The position numbers and the translations under genes are program-made. A stretch of DNA of 64,000 nucleotides, taken from positions 34,514 through 98,513 of the forward strand of contig CAWJVO010000006.1 of the NCBI GenBank assembly GCA_963846325.1, in the 5' to 3' direction. The number at the start of each line of letters is the position of its first letter. Positions within the stretch are counted from its first letter, which is position 1. The notes beneath the pieces were generated by a model. The model saw nothing but the letters and a program-made list of their open reading frames with translations, was not told where the DNA came from and ran no database searches. The DNA is from an uncultured bacterium (GTDB taxonomy: Bacteria; Krumholzibacteriota; Krumholzibacteriia; Krumholzibacteriales; Krumholzibacteriaceae). Of the stretch, positions 1-10,605 are shown piece by piece.

Positions 1-3
1 ACC

Positions 4-1362
4 ATGGAAAAAACGTTCTCGACCGTCACGATAGGCTGCAAGCTCAATCAATTCGAAACGGAATGGCTTCGCGAAGCCCTCATCCGGAGAAACTGGCGAT
101 TCTGCCGATTCGAGGACGGAGCGGCTCTCTGCGTCATCAATTCCTGCACGGTCACCGCGCGGAGCGACGCGCGCTGCCGCAGCGCCGCCCGGCGCGCGAA
201 GCGGACGAACCCCGGCTCATTCGTCGTCGTGACGGGCTGCGGCGCCGAAACGCAGCGCGAGAGCTTCGAGGGAATGAACGAGGTGGATCTCGTTCTCGGA
301 AACCGCGAAAAGAGCTCCCTGCCGTCGATCGTGGACGCGATCGCCCGAACGCAACGGGAATCGCCCCCGCCGGCGGGCCCGGAGACCGTCCGGGGCGAAA
401 CGCCCGAGCGAAACGAAATCGACGGATTCCTCGATCACGCGCGCGCCTTCGTCAAGATCCAGGAGGGATGCGACGCGTCCTGCAGCTACTGCATCGTTCC
501 CCGGGCGAGAGGACGGAGCCGCAGCGTTTCCGTCGCCGACGTCCTCGGCCAGGTATCGATCCTGCGGGAGAACGGCTATCACGAGGTCGTCCTCAGCGGC
601 GTGCACATCGGCCGCTACGGACTGGATCTCGATCCGCCCTGCGCCCTCGCCGATCTCGTCGAGACGATTCTCGAGCGCGTCGACGCGGTGCGCGTTCGCC
701 TGAGCAGTATCGAGCTCAACGAGGTGACGCCGAAGCTCCTCGAACTCGTGCGGGGCACCGATCGGTGCGCGCCCCATCTGCACGTTCCGCTCCAGAGCGG
801 GGACGATCGCATCCTCGCGGCGATGAACCGTTCCTACCGCGCAGCCGGCTTTCGAAGCAGGATCGAGGAGATCGCCCGCACGCGGGATCGAATCGCGATC
901 GGCACCGATATCATCGTCGGGTTCCCCGGCGAAACGGATGCCTGTTTCGAGAACACCTTCGAGCTCGTCCGCGAGCTCCCGATAAGCCATGTCCACGTAT
1001 TCGGCTTTTCCCCGCGTCCGGAGACGCCGGCCGCCGCCATGGACGGAAAAGTGTCTTCCGGGATGAAACGCGAACGAAGCGGCCGCCTTCTGGAGCTCGG
1101 GGAGGCGAAGCGGCGGGAGTTTCTCGAATCTCACGTCGGCTCGTCTCAGCTCGCCCTCGTGCAGAAGCCCCCGCATCGACGGCCGTCCCTCGTCCGTTCG
1201 CTCACGGGAACCTACTGCGAGGTCCTTCTTCCGAAGGGAATCGGCGCTCGCGGCTCTCTCGTTCCCGTTCGCGTGAGCCGTTTCGAGGACGGCATTCTCT
1301 ACGGGGCGCCGTTTGAGAGCCGTGCCGCCGCGGAACCGCCGGGCGGAGCGTGCGGGCCATGA
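4..1362 (+). CDS. mtaB: radical-SAM methylthiotransferase, MtaB-like
   Basis: N-terminal MTTase domain (TIGCKLNQFETE). Radical-SAM CxxxCxxC (EGCDASCSYCIVPRARG). TRAM-like C-terminus. Overlaps the next MTTase by 13 nt. Confidence 0.8.
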   Translation: MEKTFSTVTIGCKLNQFETEWLREALIRRNWRFCRFEDGAALCVINSCTVTARSDARCRSAARRAKRTNPGSFVVVTGCGAETQRESFEGMNEVDLVLGNREKSSLPSIVDAIARTQRESPPPAGPETVRGETPERNEIDGFLDHARAFVKIQEGCDASCSYCIVPRARGRSRSVSVADVLGQVSILRENGYHEVVLSGVHIGRYGLDLDPPCALADLVETILERVDAVRVRLSSIELNEVTPKLLELVRGTDRCAPHLHVPLQSGDDRILAAMNRSYRAAGFRSRIEEIARTRDRIAIGTDIIVGFPGETDACFENTFELVRELPISHVHVFGFSPRPETPAAAMDGKVSSGMKRERSGRLLELGEAKRREFLESHVGSSQLALVQKPPHRRPSLVRSLTGTYCEVLLPKGIGARGSLVPVRVSRFEDGILYGAPFESRAAAEPPGGACGP

Positions 1363-2720
1363 AACGGTTGAAGATATACCGCGAGAGCTTCGGCTGCCAG
1401 ATGAACGCATACGAATCCGACGTCATCGCGTCTCTGTTCGCGGATCGCGGGCACGCGATCGTCGAAGAGCCGGAACGCGCCGATTGCATCATCGTCAACA
1501 CCTGCAGCGTCCGCGATCACGCGGAACGTCGCGCGATCGGTCGGCTTCTCGATCTCTCGCGGCATCGCGAGGCGCTGATCGTGGTCTGCGGCTGCATGGC
1601 GCAGCGACTCGGCGCGGCGCTCTTCGACCTCGTTCCCGCCGTGCGAATCGTCGCGGGGACCGGAAGCTACGCGCTGCTTCCCGACGCCGTGGCCGCATCG
1701 GCCGAGGATGGAGGACGGTTCGTGTTCCTCGAGATGGATGACGACGGCGAATACGGCGCTTCGCCCGCGGATTCGCGCGGGGGCGTTTCGCGATACGTTT
1801 CGATAACGAAGGGATGCGAGAATTACTGCTCGTACTGCATCGTGCCGTATCTCCGGGGGAAGACCCGGAGCAGGAGCGCCGAGGCGATCGTCCGCGAGAT
1901 ATCCTCGGACGTCGCCCACGGAACCCGGGATATCACGATGCTCGGACAGAACGTCATCGCGTATCGCGACGGCGCGCTCGACTTCCGGGGGCTCGCCGAG
2001 CGCGTTCTCGCGGAGACGGACGTCCGGCGGTTGCGGTTCCTCACCAGCCATCCGCGCGACGTCGACGCGTCGGTCTTCGAGCTCATGGCGCGCGAGAAGC
2101 GTTTTTGCAGCCACATCCACCTGCCGGTCCAGGCCGGCAGCGACCGGATTCTCGCGGCGATGAATCGCGGGTACACGAGGGAAGCGTATCTCGAGAGACT
2201 GCGGACGGCCCGATCGATCGTGCCCGGTATCGCCGTTACCACGGATATCATCGTCGGGTTTCCCACCGAGACCGACGAGGAATTCGCTCAGACGCTCGAT
2301 CTCGTGCGCGAAGCCCGGTTCGACGCCGCTTTCACCTTCCAGTACTCGCCGCGGGCGGGAACTGCGGCGAGCGAAACACCGGACGACGTGAGCGCGGTGA
2401 AGAAGAAGGAGCGGCTTTATGCGTTGAACGCGGTCGTGCGGGAGGAGCGCGGAAGGATTCTCTCCGCCCAGCTCGGAAACCGAACCGAAATCCTCCTTGA
2501 CGGTGCGTCGCATAAAGGAGAATATCGGCTCCTGAAAGGGCGGACTCCGGAATTCAGGAACGTGCTCGTGCCGCCCGGGGGCCTGAAGGACGGGGACATC
2601 GTCCCCGTGGTTTTGAAGCGCCTCGTCAATTTCACCTTCGAAGGGGAAGTTGCCGCGGGGGGAATAGAGTCAAACGGACGTTCTTCCGGTCCGGCGCCGA
2701 TTCCTCGTCGACGAACATGA
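1350..2720 (+). CDS. miaB: tRNA-2-methylthio-N6-dimethylallyladenosine synthase
   Basis: FGCQMNAYESD N-terminal motif. Radical-SAM KGCENYCSYCIVPYLRG. C-terminal TRAM. Length typical of MiaB. Confidence 0.9.
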   Translation: MRAMKRLKIYRESFGCQMNAYESDVIASLFADRGHAIVEEPERADCIIVNTCSVRDHAERRAIGRLLDLSRHREALIVVCGCMAQRLGAALFDLVPAVRIVAGTGSYALLPDAVAASAEDGGRFVFLEMDDDGEYGASPADSRGGVSRYVSITKGCENYCSYCIVPYLRGKTRSRSAEAIVREISSDVAHGTRDITMLGQNVIAYRDGALDFRGLAERVLAETDVRRLRFLTSHPRDVDASVFELMAREKRFCSHIHLPVQAGSDRILAAMNRGYTREAYLERLRTARSIVPGIAVTTDIIVGFPTETDEEFAQTLDLVREARFDAAFTFQYSPRAGTAASETPDDVSAVKKKERLYALNAVVREERGRILSAQLGNRTEILLDGASHKGEYRLLKGRTPEFRNVLVPPGGLKDGDIVPVVLKRLVNFTFEGEVAAGGIESNGRSSGPAPIPRRRT

Positions 2721-3763
2721 GAAAACGAATTCTCGCAATCAGCTTCGGTTTCGCCGCGCTTTCTATCGCCGCGTATGCCGCGCACCCGGCGCTCAAACGC
2801 GCCGAAGAGCTTTTTCGGCGCGGCGATTACGAGCGGGCGCGGAGAGCCGCCGCCGATACCTCTTCGATGGATCGTTCTTCGCTTCCCGCCGCCCTCCTGA
2901 TGCTCGCGCGGATCGAAACCGATTACGCGAAGGCCGAAACGCTCCTCGGCCGCGTCATGGCGTCGGAGAACGACGTCGCGGCGGATCGGGCCCGTCTCGA
3001 GCTTTCGACCATGCGGTACGCCGTCGGGGATTACGCCGGCGCCCTCGAGCTCCTCTCGGAGAAAAAAGCGCAGGGCTCCGAGCGCGACGGGGGAAAGGCG
3101 GCGTATTTCGCCGCCCTCTGCCGCCGCCAGCTCGGCGACAACACCCGCGCCGCCCTCGAATTCTCGGGGATCACCAAAGGGGAGTACGCTTCGTGGAGCG
3201 TCCTCGCGCGCGCGGATATCGACGCCCAGGACGGGCGGCTCGCCGAGGCGCTCGGGAAGTATGAAGGAGTCGCCGGATCGCATCCGAATCCGATCGCGGT
3301 TTTCAAGCTCGCCGAATGCCTCGAGCGTCTCGGAGATCGCGAAAAGGCGCTCGCCCGATACCGTTCGCTCGTCGACGAATTTCCGCGGTCCTTCGAAGCG
3401 GCGAGAGCGAACGAGAAGATTCAGCTCCTCGCGGCGCCGAAGACCAGGGCGAAGGACGAGAAAAAGGCCGGAGGGGGTGAATCGGGGGCAACGCACGCGC
3501 GGGAAGGCACGGAGCCCGCGGGCGCGGAAGGCAGGTTCACCATCCAGTTCGGTTCTTTCAAAACGAAAGCGAACGCTCTGGCCGTATCCGGAAAGCTCGA
3601 AGGAACGTTCCGCGGCGTCCGCGTCGAGCGCTTCGAGCTCGAGGGCCGCGTGATGCATCGCGTCCGCGCGGGAATCTACGAGAGCAGGGAATCCGCCGCG
3701 AAGGATGTCGCGCGGGCGAAGGAACGACTCGGGTTGACCGGCGCGATCGTTCCCCTGCAATAG
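2717..3763 (+). CDS. TPR-like repeat protein with C-terminal SPOR (peptidoglycan-binding) domain
   Basis: N-terminal signal/anchor (ILAISFGFAALSIAAYA) and helical TPR-like repeats. The C-terminus FTIQFGSFKTKANA...HRVRAGIYESRESA is a typical SPOR fold signature. Confidence 0.7.
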   Translation: MRKRILAISFGFAALSIAAYAAHPALKRAEELFRRGDYERARRAAADTSSMDRSSLPAALLMLARIETDYAKAETLLGRVMASENDVAADRARLELSTMRYAVGDYAGALELLSEKKAQGSERDGGKAAYFAALCRRQLGDNTRAALEFSGITKGEYASWSVLARADIDAQDGRLAEALGKYEGVAGSHPNPIAVFKLAECLERLGDREKALARYRSLVDEFPRSFEAARANEKIQLLAAPKTRAKDEKKAGGGESGATHAREGTEPAGAEGRFTIQFGSFKTKANALAVSGKLEGTFRGVRVERFELEGRVMHRVRAGIYESRESAAKDVARAKERLGLTGAIVPLQ

Positions 3764-3766
3764 GCG

Positions 3767-6343
3767 ATGAATTACCGACTCACGCCCCTCATGACCCAGT
3801 ACCGCGAAATCAAGAGCCGGTACCCCCAGGGCATCCTCTTTTTCCAGGTCGGGGATTTCTACGAGACGTTCTTCGACGACGCGAAGGAGGTTTCGAGGCT
3901 CCTCAACATCGCTCTCACGACGCGCGACAAGGACAAGAGCAATCCGGTGCCCCTCGCCGGGGTTCCGGTTCACGCGGCCGAGACCTACATCGCGAAACTG
4001 CTGCAGCTGGGACGTTCGGTCGTGATATGCGATCAGGCTGAAGATACCCCCGGCCCCTCGGGAGTGGTGAAGCGCGTCGTCACGGACATCGTCACGCCCG
4101 GAACCACGCTCTCGCCGGCGACGCTCGTCGATCGGGAGAACAACTACATCATCTCGATGGTCGAGCGGTCGGACAGGACCGGCTTCGCGATGCTCGACGT
4201 ATCGACGGGGGATTTCAGCGCCGGCGAGGATTTCACGCCGGTGATCGAGCAGGCGCTCGCCGGAACCCGGCTGCGCGAGGCGATCGTGCCTCACGGTTCC
4301 GCCGCGCTCCGCGCCCGCGTCGCGGCGATCGATGATCGCGCGACGATCGACGAACGGGCGCCCTACGAGTTCGAGGAGCAACGCGCGGGCGCGGCGCTTC
4401 GCGCTCATTTCGGAGTGAGCGATCTCACCTGTTTCGATCTCGAGGACAGGCCGCTCGCCGTCGCGGCCGCGGGCGCGCTCCTCTCGTTCGTCAAGGAGCT
4501 GAGGCGGAACGACCTCGTTCATATCTCCGGCATCAAGCCTTTCGTCGCGGGCGACAATCTCTTTCTCGACGCGGAGACGCTCGGAAACCTCGAGGTATTC
4601 GAGCCGCTGCGGGGGAACGCGCCCGATACGACCCTCATCCATCACCTCGATCAAACGGAGACGGCGCCGGGCGCGCGGGAGCTCAGGAAATGGATCATGC
4701 ATCCGTCTCGCAGGGCCGACGTCATCACACGGCGCCTCGACGCGATCGCGTCGCTGCTCTCGGACCATACCGCGCTGAGGGCGCTCCGCGCGACGCTCCG
4801 GAGATTCGCGGACGTCGAACGTCTCCTGTCGCGCATCACCGCCCTGAAGGCGGGACCGCGCGAGCTGCTCGCGCTCGCGGAGGCGCTCGAACGCGCTCCG
4901 GCGATCGCGGAGGCGGCGGGCCGTTTCGATGCCGACGCGATCCGCGAAGCGGTTCGCGGCCTGTCCGCTCCGGTATCCTCCCTCGACGTCATTCGCCGCG
5001 GCGTCGATCCCGCGAGTCCTCCTCATCTCCGCGAAGGAGGAGTCATACGTGCCGGCTTCCGCGAAGATCTCGACGCGCTCATCCGCGAATCGGTCGAGGG
5101 GAAGGCGTGGATCGCGCGGCTGCAGGAATCGGAGCGGGAACGCACGGGCATCCCCTCGCTCAGGGTCGGATACAACAGGGTGTTCGGCTATTTTATCGAG
5201 ATCTCGCGCGCCTACGACGGCAGAGTGCCGTCCGGGTATACCGCCAAGCAGACCCTCGTCTCCTCGCAGCGCTATGTGACGGAGGATCTCAAGATCAGGG
5301 AACAGACGATCATCAGCGCGGACGCGCGCCGAATCGCCCTCGAACGCGAGATATTCGACGCGATCTGCGGGACGGTATCGCGCGAAAGCGCGGGAATACA
5401 GAGAATCGCCGCCGCCGTCGCGGCGCTGGACGTCCTGTCGTCCCTCGCCGCGACGGCTCTCGAGAGAAACTACTGCCGGCCCGAGATCGTCGAAACGGGA
5501 GACCTCATCGTGACGGACGGGCGCCACCCGGTCGTCGAGCGCATCTCCGGAAAGGATTTCATTCCGAACGATATCGAGCTGCGATCGAGCGAAAAGAGCT
5601 TCGTCATACTCACGGGACCGAATATGGGGGGCAAATCGACGTATATACGGCAGGCCGCGCTCATCGCGCTGCTCGCGCACGCCGGAAGCTATGTTCCCGC
5701 GGCGCGGGCTTCCGTGAGCCTGCTCGACCGCATATTCACCCGCGTCGGATCGAGCGACAACCTTGCGCGGGGCCAGAGCACCTTCCTCGTCGAGATGGGC
5801 GAAACGGCGAAGATCCTCAACTGCTGCACGGAGCGAAGCCTCGTCATCCTCGACGAGATAGGGCGGGGGACGAGCACGCTCGACGGCCTGAGCATCGCCT
5901 GGGCCGTATCCGAGTTTCTCGCCGGCGGGGAGGGGTGGAGGCCGAAGACGCTCTTCGCGACCCATTATCACGAGCTCACGCGCCTCGTCGAGCGCTTTCC
6001 GCAGGTGCGAGCGATGCGCGTCGAAGTCAGGGAGTGGGGGGATCAGATCGTCTTTCTCTACAAAATCCGCGAGGGAGCGAGCGACAGAAGCTACGGAATC
6101 CAGGTCGCGCGCCTCGCCGGATTGCCCGAATCGGTCACCCGCCGCGCCGGCGAGATATTGGCATCTCTCGAACGGGAGAAGATGAGTACGATTCCTCCCG
6201 GGAGCGATCCGGCGAAACAAACATCGCTATTCGAGGACACCGGCACTATCAGGAGACGCTTGCAAAGTATTGATACTAATGCCATTACACCGCTAGAAGC
6301 CCTCAATATTCTCATCGAGCTCAAGAGGGACGCCGAAGATTAG
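3767..6343 (+). CDS. mutS: DNA mismatch repair protein MutS
   Basis: N-terminal mismatch-binding motif (FFQVGDFYETF). Walker A GPNMGGKSTYIRQ. DEIGRGTSTLDG. Full-length 858 aa. Confidence 0.97.
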   Translation: MNYRLTPLMTQYREIKSRYPQGILFFQVGDFYETFFDDAKEVSRLLNIALTTRDKDKSNPVPLAGVPVHAAETYIAKLLQLGRSVVICDQAEDTPGPSGVVKRVVTDIVTPGTTLSPATLVDRENNYIISMVERSDRTGFAMLDVSTGDFSAGEDFTPVIEQALAGTRLREAIVPHGSAALRARVAAIDDRATIDERAPYEFEEQRAGAALRAHFGVSDLTCFDLEDRPLAVAAAGALLSFVKELRRNDLVHISGIKPFVAGDNLFLDAETLGNLEVFEPLRGNAPDTTLIHHLDQTETAPGARELRKWIMHPSRRADVITRRLDAIASLLSDHTALRALRATLRRFADVERLLSRITALKAGPRELLALAEALERAPAIAEAAGRFDADAIREAVRGLSAPVSSLDVIRRGVDPASPPHLREGGVIRAGFREDLDALIRESVEGKAWIARLQESERERTGIPSLRVGYNRVFGYFIEISRAYDGRVPSGYTAKQTLVSSQRYVTEDLKIREQTIISADARRIALEREIFDAICGTVSRESAGIQRIAAAVAALDVLSSLAATALERNYCRPEIVETGDLIVTDGRHPVVERISGKDFIPNDIELRSSEKSFVILTGPNMGGKSTYIRQAALIALLAHAGSYVPAARASVSLLDRIFTRVGSSDNLARGQSTFLVEMGETAKILNCCTERSLVILDEIGRGTSTLDGLSIAWAVSEFLAGGEGWRPKTLFATHYHELTRLVERFPQVRAMRVEVREWGDQIVFLYKIREGASDRSYGIQVARLAGLPESVTRRAGEILASLEREKMSTIPPGSDPAKQTSLFEDTGTIRRRLQSIDTNAITPLEALNILIELKRDAED

Positions 6344-6410
6344 CCAAGGCCCCGTTCTGGCTCGACTTATGCTAAAAACATAGCGGGTTACTGTAATTCG
6401 CCGCGAAACG

Positions 6411-8714
6411 GTGCAGGAGCGGGTCGTGTCCGGAACCAGCATGAAAATCGCCATTCTGGGCGGGGGCGAGGAAGAGCTCAACGTCTTGAGCGAATTCCAT
6501 CGCACTCCGGACGTATCGATCATAGGCGTCTACGACCGCGATCCCCGGGCCGTCGCCCTCGAGATCGCCGAGATCATCGGCATTCCCGCCTACTCCGACG
6601 GCTCGTTTCTGGGCGCTTTTCTCAAAGCCGACTACGTCATCGTAACGGACAAGCGCAAGCTCTACGAAAAGGAAATCGCGCTTCTCAAGAATGAGCGCAA
6701 ACGGATCGTCAATCCCGCCGAAGCGGTCGGCCAATTCTCCCCGGCCGCGGAGGGGAAAGGCGACGAGGAATCCCATCCGTGGCCCGCGCACCTCGAGGAC
6801 GCGCTCGAGTACATGAACCACATCACGGATCGCGAGAGACTCCTGAAATGGCTCCTCGAAATATCGATCCGCGCCGTCGGCGCATCGAGCGGTTCGATCA
6901 TGCTCTTTTCGGCCGAAAGCCAGGAGCTCTATATCGGCTACGCGAACGGCTTGAGCGCCGAGGTCGTCGATCGAACGCGGCAGAAGCTCGGCGAAGGGAT
7001 CGCCGGAACGGTCGCGCGGACGCTCACGCCGCTTCTCATCACCGAGATCGTCAACTCCCCGCTCTACCGCAACGGGCGGGAGCGGGAAGATATCGCGAGC
7101 TCCGTTTCCGTGGCGCTCGTTCACGGCGGAAAGCTCCTCGGCGTGCTCAACGTATCCACGCGCGCGAATGAAAAGAAGCTCGGAAACATCGATATGGAAA
7201 CGATCGCGCACCTCGCTTCGAAAATCGCTCCGATTCTCGACCAGCACCTCATGATAGACGCCCATGAAATCAGGGAAATCGAGTTCCAGATCCGCAACTA
7301 TCTCGAGGCTCTCTTTCACAACCATCTCGGCTTTCACGAGAAGTTCACCCTGCTGACGAGGTTCCTCGCCGAGAAGCTCAAAGCCGATACCGTCGCGATC
7401 TACACCGCCACGGACGAGGGGGATTGGCTCATTCTCGGGGGAAGCGATCAGCAGATGCCCGCGGGGGCGCAGACCCCGAGGATTCACTGCAACAAGGGCA
7501 GCCTCGCGCGCGCGTATGTCGGCGGCGAGGAAATAATAATGACCGAAGCGAGCCATTCCGCGGGACTTCAGATCAAGATCGGCGAGGGCGTCATCACCTC
7601 GATCTACGTCCCGCTCGAGCACAACGAGGCCCTCGGCGTCATGGTCATCGAATTCTCCAGCCTGAGCGCCCAGCAGACCTTCTTCAGGCTCAAGGACGCG
7701 CTTCGATTCCAGGTCGCTTTCTTCACGTACGCCCAGATCAGAGATGTCCGACAATCGAGAAAGCTCGAGAGCCTCGAAGAGCTTTCTTCGTTCGCCCCGA
7801 CCTTCGTGGCGCTCGAAGATCTCTCCTCGAAGATCCGCAATCTGCCGGCGCTCCTCTCGTCCCTGATCAAGGCGTCGATGGGAAGCCTTCATTACGAGAG
7901 TCCCGATCGCAGGGAATCTGCCTACCATCAGTTCCCCGAGGATGAAAAGGAACGTCGCAGCAGGCTCGAATACGACGCGGAGATGCTGGAAACGGTCCGA
8001 TCGAGCGGGGAGCCGATATGCATGAGCTATCTCTCGGCGGACCTGAAGCTCTTCGACAAAACGCCGCTTCATCGATCCGCCATCGGATGTCCCTTGTTTA
8101 GATCGGACGACGTGAGCGTCGTGTACATCGGCTACGACAAGATGCCGATCACGCCGCTCGATTCCTCGATATTCGGGGAGCACGAAACCGGTCTGCTTCT
8201 CAAGGTCGCCGATCTCGTCGCTCCGCTGTTCTCGAAGGGGACGGCGAAGAGCAGGGAGACGGAGTCCTTCACCTTCGACGACCTGTTGCGCTACAATCAG
8301 AAGCTCATGATGGATCGCATCAACGAGGAAATAGAACGGGCCGAGAGATACCATCACGGATTCACGATTACCGTATTTAAAGTCAACGGGTTGTTGGATT
8401 TATTTCACGACGATTATCAGTCCGGCTTGAGGCTCGTCAACGAGCTCAGCATGGGCATCCGGACGCAGGTGCGCAAGACGGACTTCTTCTCATGGACCGA
8501 GCCTGACCTGTTCATCGTGCTCTCGGTCGAGGGTTATCAGCGAATGGGCTACCTCGAAAGCCGCGTCAAGGAATTCATCGCCAAGAAATTCGACGAAAAA
8601 GGCTATCGCGACACCGCCGTCTATTTCCCTTCCAACGGCTTCGCCGTTTTCCCGGGCACTTCCTCGAACACCGTCGAGCTCATCAGCGAAGCGAAGGCAA
8701 AATTGCGCCCGTAG
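6411..8714 (+). CDS. multi-GAF signalling protein with degenerate C-terminal GGDEF-like domain
   Basis: Rossmann-like N-terminus (MKIAILGGGEEEL), then at least two GAF-like blocks (e.g. GEGIAGTVARTLTPLLI...GVLNVS). The C-terminal domain aligns to GGDEF, but TEPDLF replaces the GG[DE]EF position and the DxD metal site is absent. Start is uncertain: GTG 6411 or ATG 6441. Confidence 0.6.
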   Translation: MQERVVSGTSMKIAILGGGEEELNVLSEFHRTPDVSIIGVYDRDPRAVALEIAEIIGIPAYSDGSFLGAFLKADYVIVTDKRKLYEKEIALLKNERKRIVNPAEAVGQFSPAAEGKGDEESHPWPAHLEDALEYMNHITDRERLLKWLLEISIRAVGASSGSIMLFSAESQELYIGYANGLSAEVVDRTRQKLGEGIAGTVARTLTPLLITEIVNSPLYRNGREREDIASSVSVALVHGGKLLGVLNVSTRANEKKLGNIDMETIAHLASKIAPILDQHLMIDAHEIREIEFQIRNYLEALFHNHLGFHEKFTLLTRFLAEKLKADTVAIYTATDEGDWLILGGSDQQMPAGAQTPRIHCNKGSLARAYVGGEEIIMTEASHSAGLQIKIGEGVITSIYVPLEHNEALGVMVIEFSSLSAQQTFFRLKDALRFQVAFFTYAQIRDVRQSRKLESLEELSSFAPTFVALEDLSSKIRNLPALLSSLIKASMGSLHYESPDRRESAYHQFPEDEKERRSRLEYDAEMLETVRSSGEPICMSYLSADLKLFDKTPLHRSAIGCPLFRSDDVSVVYIGYDKMPITPLDSSIFGEHETGLLLKVADLVAPLFSKGTAKSRETESFTFDDLLRYNQKLMMDRINEEIERAERYHHGFTITVFKVNGLLDLFHDDYQSGLRLVNELSMGIRTQVRKTDFFSWTEPDLFIVLSVEGYQRMGYLESRVKEFIAKKFDEKGYRDTAVYFPSNGFAVFPGTSSNTVELISEAKAKLRP

Positions 8715-8835
8715 GCCCTTCCCGGGGCTTTTCCGCATTGCGGAACGAAGGCGCCCTGTGCTACGTTTCTCCTTGAAACAGTGACGATTTCGAGAGACGG
8801 GATCCGGATCGGCAGGCCTTTTCCGCGGAGGACGC

Positions 8836-10605
8836 GTGGCTCCCATTCAGAGATTGCTCCCCGAAGTCGCCTCGATGATAGCCGCGGGCGAGGTGATCGA
8901 GCGCCCCGCGAGCGCCGTGAAGGAACTCGTCGAAAACTCTCTGGACGCCGGCGCGACTCGCGTATCCGTGGAGCTCGTCGACGGGGGAAAGGCCTCCATC
9001 AGGATCGAGGATAACGGCTCCGGCATCCTGGCGGGCGAGCTCCCGCTCGCCGTCGAGAGCTTCGCGACGAGCAAGATCTCGCGCGTGGAGGACATCGCGC
9101 GCACGGGCACCCTCGGGTTCCGCGGGGAGGCGCTCGCGAGCGTCCGCGCCGTGAGCTCGCTGACGATACGCTCTCGCGCCCGCGAGGAGGAGATGGCCCG
9201 GGAGCTCGTGTTTCGCGGCGAGACGCTCGTCGGAGACGCTCCCCTGGCGAGGAATCCGGGAACGGAAGTGCTCGTCGAGAATCTGTTCTTCAATCTTCCC
9301 GCGCGCAGAAAATTCCTGAGGAGCGCTCAATCGGAAATCAGGCGGATCATCGCCGTCATCCAGGGATACGCCCTCGCCTTTCCGGAAACCGCGTTCATTC
9401 TCCGCGAGAGCGGAAGAGACCTTCTGTCCTATCCGCCTTCGAGTCTGCGCGAAAGGATCGAAATCGTGCTCGGCGGGGATCTGGTCTCCAATCTCGTGCC
9501 GGTCCAGTTCGCCATGGGCCGCGCGAAGGTCCACGGCTACGCCTCGCGAGGGGACCAGACGAGGGCGAACCGGTACATGCAGTTCTATTTCGTGAACAGG
9601 AGATACGTCCGCGACCGCGTGCTCTCTCATGCGGTCACGCAGGCGTATGAGTCTCTCATCCCGCGCGACCGCTTTCCGGCCGTCGTTCTCTTCCTCGACG
9701 TTCCGTACGAGGAAGTGGACGTGAACGTCCATCCGACGAAGGCGGAAGTGCGCTTCCGCAACGAAGGGGAGATTCACCGGCTCGTTCTTTCCTCTCTCGC
9801 CGAAGCGCTCAGGCACCCGGGCGGCCCGCTCGAGCGGACGGTCGATTCCTTCTATCGGGGGATTCTCTCCGGCGAATCGCGGGAGCCCTCCGCGGGCGGC
9901 GCCGGCGAATCCCTCTTCGGCTCGCCGGCGGGCGCATGGTCGGGCGCGGCTCAGGAGATCGGGGAGGGAGACCGGACCTTCGAATTCCACGAAGCGCCGC
10001 TTTCCCTGTTCGGGGAGGAAAAGGGGAAGGGTATTCTCGCGCCGGGGAATCTGTATTGGCAGCTTCATCAGAGCTTCATCCTCATCCAGATTCGCGGAGG
10101 AATGGTCGTCATCGATCAGCATGCCGCCCACGAAAGGATTCTCTTCGACCGTGCGAAAGCCGATCTCGCCGGAGCCCGGCCGGTCGTGCAATCGCTTCTG
10201 TTTCCCGCCACGATCGATCTTTCGCCGGACGAATACGAACGCTACGAAGAGCTCGCGCCGGCGCTCGCGTCCCTCGGTTTCGAGAGCGAACCGTTCGGGC
10301 TCAGGTCGATCATCGTGCGCGGCATCCCGGCGCTCGTGCGAAACTGGAACGACGGGCGCCTGCTTGCGGAGATTCTCGGCGGCGACGGGAGAAGCGGCGT
10401 CGACGAGTTTCTCAAAACATACGCCTGCCGCGCGGCGATCAAGGCGGGAGCGAAGCTGTCGGGCGAGGAGATGGAGAGCCTCGCCGACCAGCTGTTCGCC
10501 ACCTCGCTGCCGTATACGTGCCCTCACGGCCGCCCGACGATGCTCCGGGTCGGCATCGCGGAGCTCGAGCGCCGTTTCGCGCGATCGGTGTCGCACAGGG
10601 AATGA
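8836..10605 (+). CDS. mutL: DNA mismatch repair protein MutL
   Basis: GHKL ATPase N-terminus (IAAGEVIERPASAVKELVENSLDAGA). C-terminal dimerisation domain (CPHGRPT). Confidence 0.95.
   Translation: MAPIQRLLPEVASMIAAGEVIERPASAVKELVENSLDAGATRVSVELVDGGKASIRIEDNGSGILAGELPLAVESFATSKISRVEDIARTGTLGFRGEALASVRAVSSLTIRSRAREEEMARELVFRGETLVGDAPLARNPGTEVLVENLFFNLPARRKFLRSAQSEIRRIIAVIQGYALAFPETAFILRESGRDLLSYPPSSLRERIEIVLGGDLVSNLVPVQFAMGRAKVHGYASRGDQTRANRYMQFYFVNRRYVRDRVLSHAVTQAYESLIPRDRFPAVVLFLDVPYEEVDVNVHPTKAEVRFRNEGEIHRLVLSSLAEALRHPGGPLERTVDSFYRGILSGESREPSAGGAGESLFGSPAGAWSGAAQEIGEGDRTFEFHEAPLSLFGEEKGKGILAPGNLYWQLHQSFILIQIRGGMVVIDQHAAHERILFDRAKADLAGARPVVQSLLFPATIDLSPDEYERYEELAPALASLGFESEPFGLRSIIVRGIPALVRNWNDGRLLAEILGGDGRSGVDEFLKTYACRAAIKAGAKLSGEEMESLADQLFATSLPYTCPHGRPTMLRVGIAELERRFARSVSHRE

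Noticed and set aside
2417-6220. 1267-aa ORF on the minus strand, the longest ORF in the track
   Set aside because: It is exactly antisense to miaB-end/SPOR/mutS, which have unmistakable family motifs. Its translation is Arg/Gly/Pro/Asp-rich low complexity with no recognisable domain, a typical shadow ORF of high-GC DNA.
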